A stretch of 64,000 nucleotides of DNA from contig SHVR01000003.1 in the NCBI GenBank assembly GCA_009694185.1, forward strand, positions 15,058-79,057. Direction: 5' to 3'. Shown here piece by piece: positions 43,137 to 53,494 of the stretch; the first letter of the stretch is position 1, and each line of letters starts with the position of its first letter. The translations under genes and the position numbers were made by a program. Origin of the DNA: Alphaproteobacteria bacterium. GTDB taxonomy: Bacteria; Pseudomonadota; Alphaproteobacteria; SHVR01. Under the pieces are notes generated by a model. The model had not been told where the DNA came from. It did not search any database and was given only the letters and a program-made list of their open reading frames with translations.

Positions 43137-44717
43137 TTGGTCCCCGATAGCGTCGAGGAACTGTTTCATCGCTACGGGCCGGCCTATCGCTGGCTGGTGA
43201 CCGTTACCGCGCTCATCGGCAGTTTCGCCATGGTCCTCTCGGCGACCATCGTGAACGTGGCCGTCCCCTCGGTCATGGGTGCCTTCGGCATCGGCCAAGA
43301 CGAAGCCCAGTGGATGGCGACCGCTTTCCTCGCCACCATGACCGCGAGCCAGCTCTTGAATGCCTGGGTGGTCCAGGCGTTCGGCCAGCGCATGGGCTTC
43401 TGCCTCCTGAGCGCGATCTTCCTGATCGGCACCCTGCTTTCGGGCTGGGCGCCCAATCTCGACGTGCTGATCGCCGGCCGCCTGTTGCAGGGCCTGGCGG
43501 CGGGCATCGTCCAACCTATGACCATGGTGACGATCTTCCAGGTCTTCCCGCCCGATCGGCGCGGCATGGCCATGGGCATCTACGGCACCGGCGTCACCCT
43601 CGCACCGGGACTGGGTCCGGCGGTGGGTGGCATCGCCATCGACAGCGTGAGCTGGCAGTTCGTCTTCTTTCTGCCGCTGCCCTTCACGGTGCTCGCCCTG
43701 TTCCTGGGCGCTATTTTCATGCCGGGCAAGGGCAGCCCGGTCCGCTTGCCGCCGCTCGATTGGCCCGGCCTCACGGCGCTGGCCGTAGCACTCTTTTGCT
43801 TGCTTACCGCGATCGCCAACGGCACCCGTGACGGCTGGCTCTCCGACCGTATCCTGCTGCTGGTGCTCATGGGGTTGGTGGCGGCGGGCGGCTTCGTCTT
43901 CATTCAGCTCCGCTCGCGCCATCCGCTCCTGGATGTGGGGCTCTTCCGCAACCCGCAATTCGCCTCGGCGGTGACCGTCGCCTTTGTCTTCGGGCTCGGC
44001 AATTTCGCCTCGAGCTATGTCATTCCGGTCTTCGTCCAGACGGTCCAGGGCTATACGGCGACCCGAGCCGGCATGGTCTTGCTGCCGGCCGGCCTCGCCT
44101 TGACCTTGGCGATGCCGCTGATGGGACGGCTGGCCGACTTTTTGCCGTACCACAATTGCATCATCGCCGGGCTGGTGCTGTTCTCCATCGGCGCCGGCAT
44201 GATGGTCGATGCCGACGTCAACACGCCCTTCTGGATGTTCGCTTTTTTCACCCTGGTCGGCCGCATCGGCATGGCGTTCATCCTGCCCTCGCTCAATGCC
44301 GCCGCCCTCAAGGCGCTGCCGGCCGACCAGCTCAACCAGGGTTCGGGCAGCATGAACTTCGTCCGCCAATTGGGTGGCGCCTTTGGCGTGAATGTCACGG
44401 TGGTCATCCTGGAATACCGAACCTATTTCCATAGCGACGTGCTGGCCCAGACCCAGACGGCGAGTAACGCGACCAGCCTGGCCTGGCTCGACAAGGTCTA
44501 TTCCATGTTGGGCGAAGCCGGCATTCCGGACGCGACCCAATCCGGTGTGGCGCTCGACTATATGGGCAAGGTGTTGCACGCCCAGGCGAACACCATGGGC
44601 TTCCAAGATTCCTTCCTGATGCTGACCATCGTCTTCGCGCTCGCGATCCTGCCGGCCCTCGTGCTCGCCCGGAGTTCCCAGCCGCGCCCGATCCGGAGCG
44701 CGGCGCCGGCGGAATAG
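43137..44717 (+). CDS. MFS transporter, DHA2 (EmrB/QacA, 14-TMS) drug-efflux family
   Basis: 526-aa ORF. Contains LVTVTALIGSFAMVLSATIVNVAVPSVMGAFG and GRLLQGLAAGIVQPM motifs. Confidence 0.9.
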   Translation: MVPDSVEELFHRYGPAYRWLVTVTALIGSFAMVLSATIVNVAVPSVMGAFGIGQDEAQWMATAFLATMTASQLLNAWVVQAFGQRMGFCLLSAIFLIGTLLSGWAPNLDVLIAGRLLQGLAAGIVQPMTMVTIFQVFPPDRRGMAMGIYGTGVTLAPGLGPAVGGIAIDSVSWQFVFFLPLPFTVLALFLGAIFMPGKGSPVRLPPLDWPGLTALAVALFCLLTAIANGTRDGWLSDRILLLVLMGLVAAGGFVFIQLRSRHPLLDVGLFRNPQFASAVTVAFVFGLGNFASSYVIPVFVQTVQGYTATRAGMVLLPAGLALTLAMPLMGRLADFLPYHNCIIAGLVLFSIGAGMMVDADVNTPFWMFAFFTLVGRIGMAFILPSLNAAALKALPADQLNQGSGSMNFVRQLGGAFGVNVTVVILEYRTYFHSDVLAQTQTASNATSLAWLDKVYSMLGEAGIPDATQSGVALDYMGKVLHAQANTMGFQDSFLMLTIVFALAILPALVLARSSQPRPIRSAAPAE

Positions 44718-44799
44718 GCAAAGCCGCCATTGCGCGCCGGCGGCATTGGCCGCAAAGTTTCCCGCTTCGCACCATGCCCCGAGCCAGGAGTCACCGCCC

Positions 44800-46284
44800 A
44801 TGCGCGTCGTCATCGCCATGATGAAACATGAGACCAACACCTTCTCGCCGGTGCCGACACCCCTCGCGCGCTTCGCCAAGGGTGGCGACAAACCCTATTA
44901 CGGGCGGGATGCCATCGCCGCCTACAAGGGCACCGGCACGGCCTTGGGCGCCTATATCGAACTGGCGGAGAGCCAGGGTGCCGAGATCGTTTTGCCCATC
45001 GCCGCCAGTGCCTCGCCCAGCGGGCCGGTGGAAGACGCGGCCTACCGCCATATGAGCGACACCATTTGCGCCGCCATCGAGGCGGGCTGCGACGCGGTGC
45101 TGCTCGATCTGCATGGCGCCATGGTGACCGAGAGCCTGGAGGATGGCGAAGGGGCGCTGCTGGCGCGCATCCGCCGGGCGCGACCCAATCTGCCGATCGC
45201 GGTTGCCCTCGACATGCACACCAACATGTACGGCGCCATCATCGACAATGCCTCGGTGGTCGCCGGCTACCAGACCTATCCCCATATCGACAATTACGAG
45301 ACCGGCATGCGCGCCGCGAAACCGCTGTTTCGCATGCTGAAGGGCGAGGTCCGGCCGGTCATGGCCTGGGGCAACCGGCCGATGCTGCCCCATGTCATGC
45401 GCCAGGGGACGGACGACTTCCCCAACAAGGAATTGCAGGACCGCACCCGGGCCATGGAGGCCGAGGGTGCACTTGCCGCCAGCCTGTTCGTTGGCTTTCC
45501 CCATGCCGACATCAAGAATGCCGGCCTCAACGCCGTGGTGGTGACCGACAATGACATGAAGTTGGCCGAGCGGTTCCGCGACGAGCTCTTGGACAGCGCC
45601 TGGTCCAACCGCGAGGCCTTCGTCTACCGGATCGAGCCGCTCGCCCAGTCCATGGCGCGGGCTAGGCAAGCGGGCGAAGGACCCACCGTCCTCCTCGACC
45701 ATTACGACAATTGCGCCTCGGGCGGCACCATGGACACCATGACCGTGCTGGGTGCCATCCTCGACGCCGGCCTTGAGAATGTGGCGGTCTTCGCGATCTT
45801 CGATCCGGCGGCGGTCCAAGCAATGATCCGGGCGGGGGTCGGTGCCCAGGTCACCGTCTCGCTCGGCGGCAAGCTCGACATGCCGTCCATCGGCAAGCGG
45901 GGCGAGCCCAGAACCGTGACCGGCACGGTCAAGACCATCGCCATGGGCCAGTATCGCAATCGCGGCCCCGCGTCAACGGGCGTGCTGATGGATATGGGGC
46001 CGACCGTGGTGCTGGATACGGGCAAGGTCGAGATCGTCGTCATCTCGCGCCATGTCGAGCCCAACGACCTCAATTGTTTCTTGAGCCTCGGCATCGACCC
46101 CCTGGCCAAGCGCTATTTGATGCTGAAAAGCCGCATCCACTACCGCGCCGGCTTCAAGCCCATTGCCACGTCGATCATCGAATGTGCCGGCACCGGGGTG
46201 TGCACGTCGGACTATGGCCAGCTCACCTTCAAAAATGTGCGCCGGCCGATCTTCCCCCTCGACCGCATCAACGAGCCGGGGTAG
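44800..46284 (+). CDS. M81 family metallopeptidase (MlrC-like)
   Basis: Start MRVVIAMMKHETNTFSPVPT (ATG 44800), the typical MlrC/DUF1485 N-terminus, with an MlrC C-terminal region. Confidence 0.85.
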   Translation: MRVVIAMMKHETNTFSPVPTPLARFAKGGDKPYYGRDAIAAYKGTGTALGAYIELAESQGAEIVLPIAASASPSGPVEDAAYRHMSDTICAAIEAGCDAVLLDLHGAMVTESLEDGEGALLARIRRARPNLPIAVALDMHTNMYGAIIDNASVVAGYQTYPHIDNYETGMRAAKPLFRMLKGEVRPVMAWGNRPMLPHVMRQGTDDFPNKELQDRTRAMEAEGALAASLFVGFPHADIKNAGLNAVVVTDNDMKLAERFRDELLDSAWSNREAFVYRIEPLAQSMARARQAGEGPTVLLDHYDNCASGGTMDTMTVLGAILDAGLENVAVFAIFDPAAVQAMIRAGVGAQVTVSLGGKLDMPSIGKRGEPRTVTGTVKTIAMGQYRNRGPASTGVLMDMGPTVVLDTGKVEIVVISRHVEPNDLNCFLSLGIDPLAKRYLMLKSRIHYRAGFKPIATSIIECAGTGVCTSDYGQLTFKNVRRPIFPLDRINEPG

Positions 46285-46363
46285 GGGCATGGGGGCGGAG
46301 CCCCCATCGTCGCCGGAGTCGCGGCACCGGGGACGGCGGCGATGACCACACCACCGTCATCGT

Positions 46364-46474
46364 GTCATTGCGACCGCGAGGCGAAGCCGAAGCGGGAAGC
46401 AATCAAGACCTGAGTCCGCACTGGATTGCTTCGTCGCTGCGCTCCTCGCAACGACGGATGGCGTCATTGCGATC
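46364..46474 (+). repeat. ~100-bp nested palindromic (MITE/REP-like) intergenic repeat, copy B (plus a short partial reiteration gtcattgcga at its end)
   Basis: gtcattgcgaccgcgaggcgaagccgaagcgggaagcaatcaagacctgagtccgcactggattgcttcgtcgctgcgctcctcgcaacgacggatgg. Near-identical to the reverse complement of 28499-28598. Confidence 0.8.
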
Positions 46475-46499
46475 TTGGGGCGATCGCGTTATCCCCGCT

Positions 46500-48035
46500 T
46501 CAAGTTCCGCAGAAGGTCTGGTAGACGCGCTCGGTGGGCTCCGGCGGGTCGGCGTAGGCGGCGAACGCCGGCCGGTCCTCGTATGGCTTGGCGACGACCG
46601 TCAGCAATTCCTCGAAGGGGCCATAATCGCCCGCGTCGACCGCGGCCGACAGTGCCGCTTCGACGCGGTGGTTGCGCGCAATAAAAGCCGGGTTGACCCG
46701 GTGCATGGCGGCCCGCCGGGCTGGCCCGTCCAGGGGCTCGGCCGCCAGGCGCGCGCGCCAGCCTGCCGCCCAGGCGTCATAGGCCACCGGGTTCTGGAAC
46801 AGCGCCCGGACCCGGGTGTCGGCATTGCGGTCGTAGGCGGCGTCGCCGAGACGCCGGAAGGTCAGGGTGAAATCCGCCTGGTTCTCGGCCATGGCGGTCA
46901 GGAGATCCTGGGCCAGCGCCATATCGCCCGCGTCTTCGGTGAAGAGGCCGAGCTTCCGGCGCAGGCCGGCGAGCAGCGCCTCGGAAAAGAGCGGCGAGAA
47001 GCCGTTCAACGCCGCGTTTGCAAGCTCGATCGCTGTGTCGGTGTCGTCGGCCAAGAGCGGCAACAGGGCCTCGGCGAAGCGCGCCAAATTCCAGTGGGCG
47101 ATGCGCGGCTGGTTGCCATAGGCATAGCGGCCTTGGCTGTCGATGGAGCTGAAGACGGTCTCCGGACCATAGGCATCCATGAAGGCGCAGGGACCATAGT
47201 CGATGGTCTCGCCCGCGATCGAGCAATTGTCGGTGTTCATGACGCCGTGGATGAAGCCGACCAACAGCCAATTCGCGACCAGCGCCGCCTGGCGCCGGAT
47301 CACCTGTTCGAACAGCGCCAGGTAGGGCCGGTCGGCGGTGGCGGCATTTGGGTAATGGCGGTGGATGACATGGTCGGCCAGCAGCCGGAGCGCCTCATGA
47401 TCGCCCTTGGCCGCGAAGAACTGGAAGGTGCCGACCCGGACATGGCTCGATGCCACGCGGGTCAAGACCGCGCCGGGGAGCGCCGTCGCGCGCCGGACCG
47501 GTTCGCCCGTCGTCACGGCGGCGAGCGAGCGCGTCGTTGCAATGCCGAGCGCCGCCATGGCCTCGCTCACGATATATTCGCGCAGCACCGGCCCGAGCGC
47601 CGCCCGCCCGTCGCCATTGCGCGAGAAGGGTGTCGGACCCGACCCCTTGAGCTGGACGTCGCGGCGCACACCCCCACGATCGACGATCTCGCCCAAGAGG
47701 ATGGCGCGGCCGTCGCCGAGCTGGGGCACGAAATGGCCGAATTGATGGCCGGCATAGGCGAGTGCCATCGGCGCGGCGCCCATGGGAACATGATTGCCGG
47801 CGAGGGTCGCGACGCCCGCCGGCGACGCCAGAAATTCGGGATCGAGGCCGAGCTCCAGGGCGAGCGGGCGGTTGATCTTGACCAGGCCCGGCGCCTTGAC
47901 CGGCCTGGGCGCGAGCGGCCGATAGAAGCGCTCGGGCAGCCGGGCGTAACTGTTGTCGAAGGCAAAGCGGGCAGGGCTCGCGTCGCCCCGCCGGCCCGCG
48001 TCGGGAATAGGCAGGCTCTCGTCCGGCATTGTCAT
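46500..48035 (-). CDS. selO: Protein adenylyltransferase SelO (YdiU/UPF0061 family)
   Basis: 511-aa ORF reading ...[43 protein letters not shown]...GRAILLGE...HGVMNTDN, canonical SelO. Confidence 0.9.
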   Translation of the reverse strand: MTMPDESLPIPDAGRRGDASPARFAFDNSYARLPERFYRPLAPRPVKAPGLVKINRPLALELGLDPEFLASPAGVATLAGNHVPMGAAPMALAYAGHQFGHFVPQLGDGRAILLGEIVDRGGVRRDVQLKGSGPTPFSRNGDGRAALGPVLREYIVSEAMAALGIATTRSLAAVTTGEPVRRATALPGAVLTRVASSHVRVGTFQFFAAKGDHEALRLLADHVIHRHYPNAATADRPYLALFEQVIRRQAALVANWLLVGFIHGVMNTDNCSIAGETIDYGPCAFMDAYGPETVFSSIDSQGRYAYGNQPRIAHWNLARFAEALLPLLADDTDTAIELANAALNGFSPLFSEALLAGLRRKLGLFTEDAGDMALAQDLLTAMAENQADFTLTFRRLGDAAYDRNADTRVRALFQNPVAYDAWAAGWRARLAAEPLDGPARRAAMHRVNPAFIARNHRVEAALSAAVDAGDYGPFEELLTVVAKPYEDRPAFAAYADPPEPTERVYQTFCGT

Positions 48036-48062
48036 CTCGTCGCGTCTGTCGGGGCGGCCAGT

Positions 48063-49445
48063 CTAGCAGATGACGGCCGGTTCGCGGGTCATGGCGTGGA
48101 ACCGGGCGACCAGCAGGGTTGCCACAACCGCCAGGCCGAAGGCGATGCCGAGCCAGACGCCTTCACCCTGGAGGCCGAAGGGAAACGCGAGGAGGGCACT
48201 CACCGGCAAGCCGACCAGCCAATAGCCGAAGCCCGCGATCAGCATCGGCATGCGCGTGTCCTTGAGACCGCGCAAGGCCCCCAGCGCAACGCCCTGGGCG
48301 GCGTCGAGCAACTGGAACAAGGCGGCAATCGCCAGATAGGCCTGGGCGAGATCGGTGACCCGGAGCGTGTCCGGCGCCGCCGCGTCGAGGAATGGGGCGA
48401 CCAGCAGGCGCGGCACGGTCCAGAACAGGGCCGCCGCCACGCCCATGAACAGGAGGCCGAAGGCGATGGCCGTCCAGCCGGCCCGCCTGATACCGGCGGT
48501 GTCCCGGCGGCCGGCCGCGAGCCCGATGCGCACGGTCGCCGCCTGGGCAACGCCGAGCGGCACCATGAAGGTAATCGACGCCCATTGGATGGCGATCTGA
48601 TGCGCGGCGAGTTCGTGGGTCCCGATCAATCCCATCAGCATCGCCGCGCCCGAGAACAGGCTGACCTCGACCATCAAGGTAAGGCCGATGGGCCAGCCGA
48701 TGGCGATGAGCTCCCGGAGTCCCCGCCCATCCACCCGCGCCAGCCCCCGGAGCATGCGACGGGCATCGAGGCCGGGCACGGCTAGGACGTAAATCAGGAG
48801 GCCGAGGAAACTCAGCAGATTGACCAGGCTGGTGCTGATCCCGGCACCCACGACACCGAGCGCCGGGAACCCCAAATGCCCGAACATCAGCACATAAACC
48901 AGCGCGGCGTTGAGCAAGATGCCGGCGAGCGAGATCGCCAGCAGGATGCGCGTGTGGCCGTGAACGCTGACGAAGCAGCGCAGCACCACATAGCCGAGGA
49001 CCGGGCAATAACCCCACATCAAGGCGCGCCCATAGTCGCCCGCGAGCGCCGCGTTGCCGGGGTCTTGGCCGAGGCGAAGCAGCAGGCGCTCGGTCTCCCA
49101 GAGCAGAAGAGAGACCGGCAGGCTGACCCAGAGCGACAGCCAGAGGCCGTGGCGCACGGCCTGTTGGGCGTCGCGGGCGGCACCCCGGCCCATGGCCTGC
49201 GCCGCGACGGGCGCCACGGCCGTGGCCAAGCCAATGCCGAACAGCAGCAGGGTGATGTAGACGTTGAAAGCCAGCGCGCCGGCCGCCAGCGCCTCGGGCC
49301 CAAGCCAGCCCATCATCACCATGTCGGTCGTCAGATGGGCGATATGCGCCAACTGGGCGCCGGCGAGCGGCAGGGCCAGCGACACGGTCGCCTGCGCCTC
49401 GCCGCGCCACGAGGACGCCGCCGCAATGTTCAATGTTTGAGCCAT
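48063..49445 (-). CDS. MATE family efflux transporter
   Basis: 460-aa polytopic ORF with a NorM/DinF-like N-terminus (...ATVSLALPLAGAQLAHIAHLTTDMVMMGWLGPEALAAGALAF). Confidence 0.9.
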   Translation of the reverse strand: MAQTLNIAAASSWRGEAQATVSLALPLAGAQLAHIAHLTTDMVMMGWLGPEALAAGALAFNVYITLLLFGIGLATAVAPVAAQAMGRGAARDAQQAVRHGLWLSLWVSLPVSLLLWETERLLLRLGQDPGNAALAGDYGRALMWGYCPVLGYVVLRCFVSVHGHTRILLAISLAGILLNAALVYVLMFGHLGFPALGVVGAGISTSLVNLLSFLGLLIYVLAVPGLDARRMLRGLARVDGRGLRELIAIGWPIGLTLMVEVSLFSGAAMLMGLIGTHELAAHQIAIQWASITFMVPLGVAQAATVRIGLAAGRRDTAGIRRAGWTAIAFGLLFMGVAAALFWTVPRLLVAPFLDAAAPDTLRVTDLAQAYLAIAALFQLLDAAQGVALGALRGLKDTRMPMLIAGFGYWLVGLPVSALLAFPFGLQGEGVWLGIAFGLAVVATLLVARFHAMTREPAVIC

Positions 49446-49525
49446 GGGCCGGGCAAGATGGCGAAGAAGCGCCGCCCGGTCGAGCGCCTTGTCGCCTGGC
49501 GCGGCGACAGCCTCCGCGCGGGCCG

Positions 49526-49975
49526 TCAGAGATCGAGCTTCATGCCTTCATGGGTCTGGCGGAAGCCAAGCTCGAGATAGAAGCGCTGGGCGTCGGTGCG
49601 CGACTTGTCGGTGGTGAGTTGCAGCATGCGGCTGCCATGGCGGCGCGCTTCCGCGATAGCCCATTCGAATAGGCGCTTGCCGGCACCCTGGCCACGCAGC
49701 CCGGCGGCGATCCGCACCCCTTCGATCTGGGCGCGCTCGGCGCCCTGGTGGCTCAAACCCGGAATGAAGGTGAGCTGCAAGCAGCCGACCACCGTGCCCT
49801 GGTCGTCGAGCACCACCAGCCGGTTGTTCGGGTCGCGCTCGATCGCCTCGAAGGCGCGCCAATAGGCCTCGGGTAAGGGCTCCGCCAGCCGTTCGCGCTG
49901 CCGGCCCAACACATCGTCGGCCAAGAGGCGCACGATGCCGACCACGTCCGCGCGCCGGGCATCGCGGATCAGCAC
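49526..49975 (-). CDS. GNAT family N-acetyltransferase
   Basis: Probable GTG start at 49975, giving (M)LIRDARRADVVGIVRLL...; acetyl-CoA motif RGQGAGKRLFEWAIAEARRHG. The upstream part of the 198-aa ORF overlaps the preceding gene. Confidence 0.8.
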   Translation of the reverse strand: MLIRDARRADVVGIVRLLADDVLGRQRERLAEPLPEAYWRAFEAIERDPNNRLVVLDDQGTVVGCLQLTFIPGLSHQGAERAQIEGVRIAAGLRGQGAGKRLFEWAIAEARRHGSRMLQLTTDKSRTDAQRFYLELGFRQTHEGMKLDL

Positions 49976-49979
49976 CAGA

Positions 49980-51071
49980 TTATGGGGCCTTGGGCTTGAG
50001 GTGCTGGACCTTGGGGAGGACCTCGGTCGCCATGAGTTCGAGCGACCGGCGCCACGCGGCCGGGTTTTCCGAATAGTCAAAGCCGAACAGCAACAGGCAG
50101 CCGAAGCCGCCCACTTCGTCATAGATCTGCTCGATCTTACGAATGGCCGTCGCGGGCGAGCCCACGATCCAATTGTGCCGCGCGCAATATTCCGGCGTGA
50201 CGTCGCTGTCGGCCACGTCGGGCTTGTGCTTCAGGTACTCGAAAAAGCCGAACTGGCTGAGGAGCGGCAAGAAATATTCCCGCATCATGCGGCCCATATG
50301 GGAGCTGACCGAGAGCTTGATGGCTTCCTCGTCGCTGTCGGCCACGAACACCTCGCGCACCATGCGCCATTCGCCGCGATCGGGTTTGCGGCCCGATTTG
50401 GCGGCGCCGATCTCGACCGCTTCCCAATGGCTCGCCACATAGCCGGGGTTGAGATTGAGGCTCATGGGGATGTAGCCCTTCTCGCCGGCGAGCTTCAGAG
50501 TGTCCGAGCCCTTGCTGAGGCCGGCCACGCCAATGGGCGGATGCGGGGTTTGCAGCGGCTTGATGTGCGGGCGGAGGAAGCCGAACATTTCGGCGGGCGC
50601 CGTTACATGCCAGAACTTGCCCTTATGGTCGAAGGGCTCCGTGGCGGCCCAGAGCTTCAGGATGATCTCAAGGGACTCCCGGGTCATGTCGCGATTGACG
50701 CCCGACATGCCGTCCACATTGAACATCGCCCAGTCGCTGGGGAGCCCGCTCGCGGCCACACCGAAATTCAGCCGGCCGCCGGACATGTGATCCAGCATGG
50801 CGACCCGATTGGCCAACTCCGCCGGATGATGATAGGGCAAGAGAAAGCCGCCGGGCCCGAGGCGAATGTTCTTGGTCTGGAGGAGCGCTTGGGCCACCAG
50901 CAGGTCGGGTGCGGGATGGGGCTCCCAGGGGGCGGTGTGATGCTCGCCGATCCAGCACTCGGCGAAGCCCAGCTCGTCGAGCCAGCGGATGACTTGGAGG
51001 TCCCAGTCATGGCCTGCCTTCAACGGCCGTTCGGGCGGGTGCGACGGCATGGTGAAATAACCGAACTTCAT
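49980..51071 (-). CDS. LLM-class flavin-dependent oxidoreductase (luciferase-like monooxygenase)
   Basis: Start MKFGYFTMPSHPPERPLKAGHDWDLQVIRWLDELGFAECWIGEHH (ATG 51071). Confidence 0.85.
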   Translation of the reverse strand: MKFGYFTMPSHPPERPLKAGHDWDLQVIRWLDELGFAECWIGEHHTAPWEPHPAPDLLVAQALLQTKNIRLGPGGFLLPYHHPAELANRVAMLDHMSGGRLNFGVAASGLPSDWAMFNVDGMSGVNRDMTRESLEIILKLWAATEPFDHKGKFWHVTAPAEMFGFLRPHIKPLQTPHPPIGVAGLSKGSDTLKLAGEKGYIPMSLNLNPGYVASHWEAVEIGAAKSGRKPDRGEWRMVREVFVADSDEEAIKLSVSSHMGRMMREYFLPLLSQFGFFEYLKHKPDVADSDVTPEYCARHNWIVGSPATAIRKIEQIYDEVGGFGCLLLFGFDYSENPAAWRRSLELMATEVLPKVQHLKPKAP

Positions 51072-51247
51072 GGCGCGGTCCTTCCGGTCCGATTGCATCT
51101 TCTTGAGCGTGGCAGCATACGCCGCTTTCGTCACGCGCGGTGGGCGCCGGGGGAGTTGTTCGTCAAGCTTGGACCCGAGTCCTTGCCGACGGCTGTTGCC
51201 GCGCCATGTTTATGGCTATTCTGTCACGGGATGTCCTGGGGATTGCC

Positions 51248-53455
51248 ATGCGCTGGTGTGCCGCATTCCTGCTGACCGTCGCGCTGCTGGCCGCACCCTG
51301 GAGCGATGCGCTGGCCGAGCGGCGGGTGGCGCTCGTCATCGGCAACGCGGCTTACAAGGAGGCGCCGCTCGCCAATCCGGTTAACGATGCGCGCGCCATC
51401 GCGGCGAAGCTAGTCAAGCTAGGCTATCAAGTGGACAAACACGAGAATCTGGGTCAGCGCGAGATGACCCGCGCGGTCACCAAATTTGGGGATGCGGTCA
51501 GGCGGAGCGGCGGCCACGCCCTCTTCTATTATGCCGGCCATGGCGTGCAGGTCGAGGGGCGGAACTTCCTGATACCGGTGGACGCGGAAATCGCCACCGA
51601 GAACGCGGTGATCTCGGAGGCCGTCGACGTCGATATCGTGACCCGCCAGCTCGACAAGTCAGGCAAGGGAGTCAGTATCGTCATCCTGGATGCCTGCCGG
51701 GACAATCCCTACGAGCGCCGGTCTCGGGGCGGCGGTAGCCGCGGCCTGGCGCTGATCGACGCGCCGAGCGGCACGCTGATCGCCTATGCGACGGCGCCGG
51801 GCCGGGTGGCGGCGGATGGCAGCGAGGCGAATGGCGTCTACACCAGCGAACTTTTGAAGGTGATGGACGAGCCCGGTCTCAGGGTCGAGGACGTGTTCAA
51901 GCGGGTACGGGCAGGGGTCGAGGAGCGGACGGGCGCCGCCCAGACGCCGTGGGAAACATCGTCGATCAAGGGGGATTTCTACTTCGTGCCCAAGGGCTCG
52001 ACGGTGACCGTGACACCGTCGGGCGCGGGTGACGACGCGGCGGAGATCGCCTTCTGGAATAGCGTCGCGAACAGCGCCGATCCGGCCGACTTCGAGGACT
52101 ATCTGAAACGCTATCCGAATGGCCGCTTTACCTCGCTTGCCGAGCGGCGGCTCCAGGCGGCACAAGGGCGCATGCGGACGGTGATCGTGCCGCCGCCGGC
52201 CCCGCGGCCGCGGGCGCCACCCAAGGCCGATCCCGGCCCCGCCGTGGAGGTGATGGACGGCGAGATGATGGTGCTGCGCCGGGCGAGCCTGCGCGAGGCG
52301 CCGTCGGTGGACTCGAAGCAAGTCGCCGCTCTGGACCCTGGCGCGCGCGTCGCGGTCACGGGCAAGGTCAAGGACGCGAACTGGTATCGGGTAAAGACCG
52401 CCAAGGCGCAGGGCTTCGTATTCGGCGATCTGGTCCAGGACGGGGCCAAGGCGGAAGAGGCCGAGTGGCGGATGGCCAAGGAAGCGACCGCATCCACGGT
52501 CTTGGTAAGCTTCCTCCAGCGCTTCCCGGATGGAGCTTACAAGGCGGAGGCGACCGCCAAGCGCGACACACTCAGCAAAGAGGAAGCGGAGAAGCAGCGC
52601 CTTGCCACGGCCGAGGAAACAAGACGCGAAGCGCTCCGCAAGGAGGAACAGCCAAAGGTCCAGCAAGCGGCGGTGCTGCCCATTGCGCCACCCCCGTCGA
52701 CCCGGGTGGCGCCGGTGCATGAATGCGACCATTTGGCTGGTCACCCCCAGGATGAATGGCGCGTCGTGCCGGGGATAGCTTTCGAAGTAATAAAATCTTC
52801 AGAGGCTATTCGCGCATGTACCGCGGCAATACAGACTTATCCCGATGAGCGGCGCTTTCCTCTTCAGCTCGCGCGCGCGTACGTCGCAGCCAAGAGCTAT
52901 ACGGATGCGGAGCGCTGGTATCGTAAAGCCATCGCACTCGGCAACGGCTATGCCATGCACGCCGTTGGCTTTTTGTACAGTCGTGGCTATGGCGTCAAAC
53001 AGGATCACGGCGAGGCCGTGAAATGGCACCACGAAGCGGCGCAAAAGGGAGTGGCTGCCGCGATGGCAGAACTTGGATTTCATTATCGAGACGGCAAGGG
53101 GGCGCAAAAAAACCACCAGACTGCGGTCCAATGGTTTCAAAATGCGGCGGATTTGGGTAACAGCGCAGGTGAGTTTGGCCTGGGCGGGATGTATGCGAAC
53201 GGCCTGGGCGTGGAGAAGAACCTGGGTAAGGCTCGTGGGTGGTACGAGAAAGCGGCGGCTCGGAAACATTCTATGGCGCTGAATAATCTCGGTTCCCTTT
53301 ACGAGAATGGGACGGGTGTTTCCGGCATTTCCTTTAATATGGAAAGGGCCATTCGTTACTACCGTGAAGCGAAAGAAGTGGGGAACGATACGGCCAGTCA
53401 GAACCTCGTACGCCTCTGTCGCGACAAGATGATAGTCGAGGCGTGTCGACAATAG
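51248..53455 (+). CDS. Exported caspase-family (peptidase C14) protein with SH3b-like middle domain and C-terminal Sel1 repeats
   Basis: Signal-like MRWCAAFLLTVALLAAPWSDALA (alternative ATG at 51206). The caspase core reads RRVALVIGNAAYK...LFYYAGHGVQ...VSIVILDACRDNPY (His/Cys dyad). The SH3b-like segment is REAPSVDSKQVAALDPGARVAVTGKVKDANWYRVK. Sel1 units follow (AMHAVGFLYSRGYGVKQDHGEAVKWHHEAAQKG..., LGGMYANGLGVEKNLGKARGWYEKAA...). Confidence 0.85.
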   Translation: MRWCAAFLLTVALLAAPWSDALAERRVALVIGNAAYKEAPLANPVNDARAIAAKLVKLGYQVDKHENLGQREMTRAVTKFGDAVRRSGGHALFYYAGHGVQVEGRNFLIPVDAEIATENAVISEAVDVDIVTRQLDKSGKGVSIVILDACRDNPYERRSRGGGSRGLALIDAPSGTLIAYATAPGRVAADGSEANGVYTSELLKVMDEPGLRVEDVFKRVRAGVEERTGAAQTPWETSSIKGDFYFVPKGSTVTVTPSGAGDDAAEIAFWNSVANSADPADFEDYLKRYPNGRFTSLAERRLQAAQGRMRTVIVPPPAPRPRAPPKADPGPAVEVMDGEMMVLRRASLREAPSVDSKQVAALDPGARVAVTGKVKDANWYRVKTAKAQGFVFGDLVQDGAKAEEAEWRMAKEATASTVLVSFLQRFPDGAYKAEATAKRDTLSKEEAEKQRLATAEETRREALRKEEQPKVQQAAVLPIAPPPSTRVAPVHECDHLAGHPQDEWRVVPGIAFEVIKSSEAIRACTAAIQTYPDERRFPLQLARAYVAAKSYTDAERWYRKAIALGNGYAMHAVGFLYSRGYGVKQDHGEAVKWHHEAAQKGVAAAMAELGFHYRDGKGAQKNHQTAVQWFQNAADLGNSAGEFGLGGMYANGLGVEKNLGKARGWYEKAAARKHSMALNNLGSLYENGTGVSGISFNMERAIRYYREAKEVGNDTASQNLVRLCRDKMIVEACRQ

Positions 53456-53494
53456 GGCGACCTGAGATCGTAAGCGGCCCCCCGGCGCTTTCGG

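Noticed and set aside
43080-44891. 603-aa minus-strand ORF
   Set aside because: It is antisense to the 14-TMS MFS transporter. It is His/Arg/Gly/Asp-rich with no motifs.
46074-48785. 903-aa plus-strand ORF
   Set aside because: It is antisense to selO and the MATE pump and reads through the palindromic repeat (giving the WIASSLRSSQ pseudo-peptide). No domain content. Spurious.
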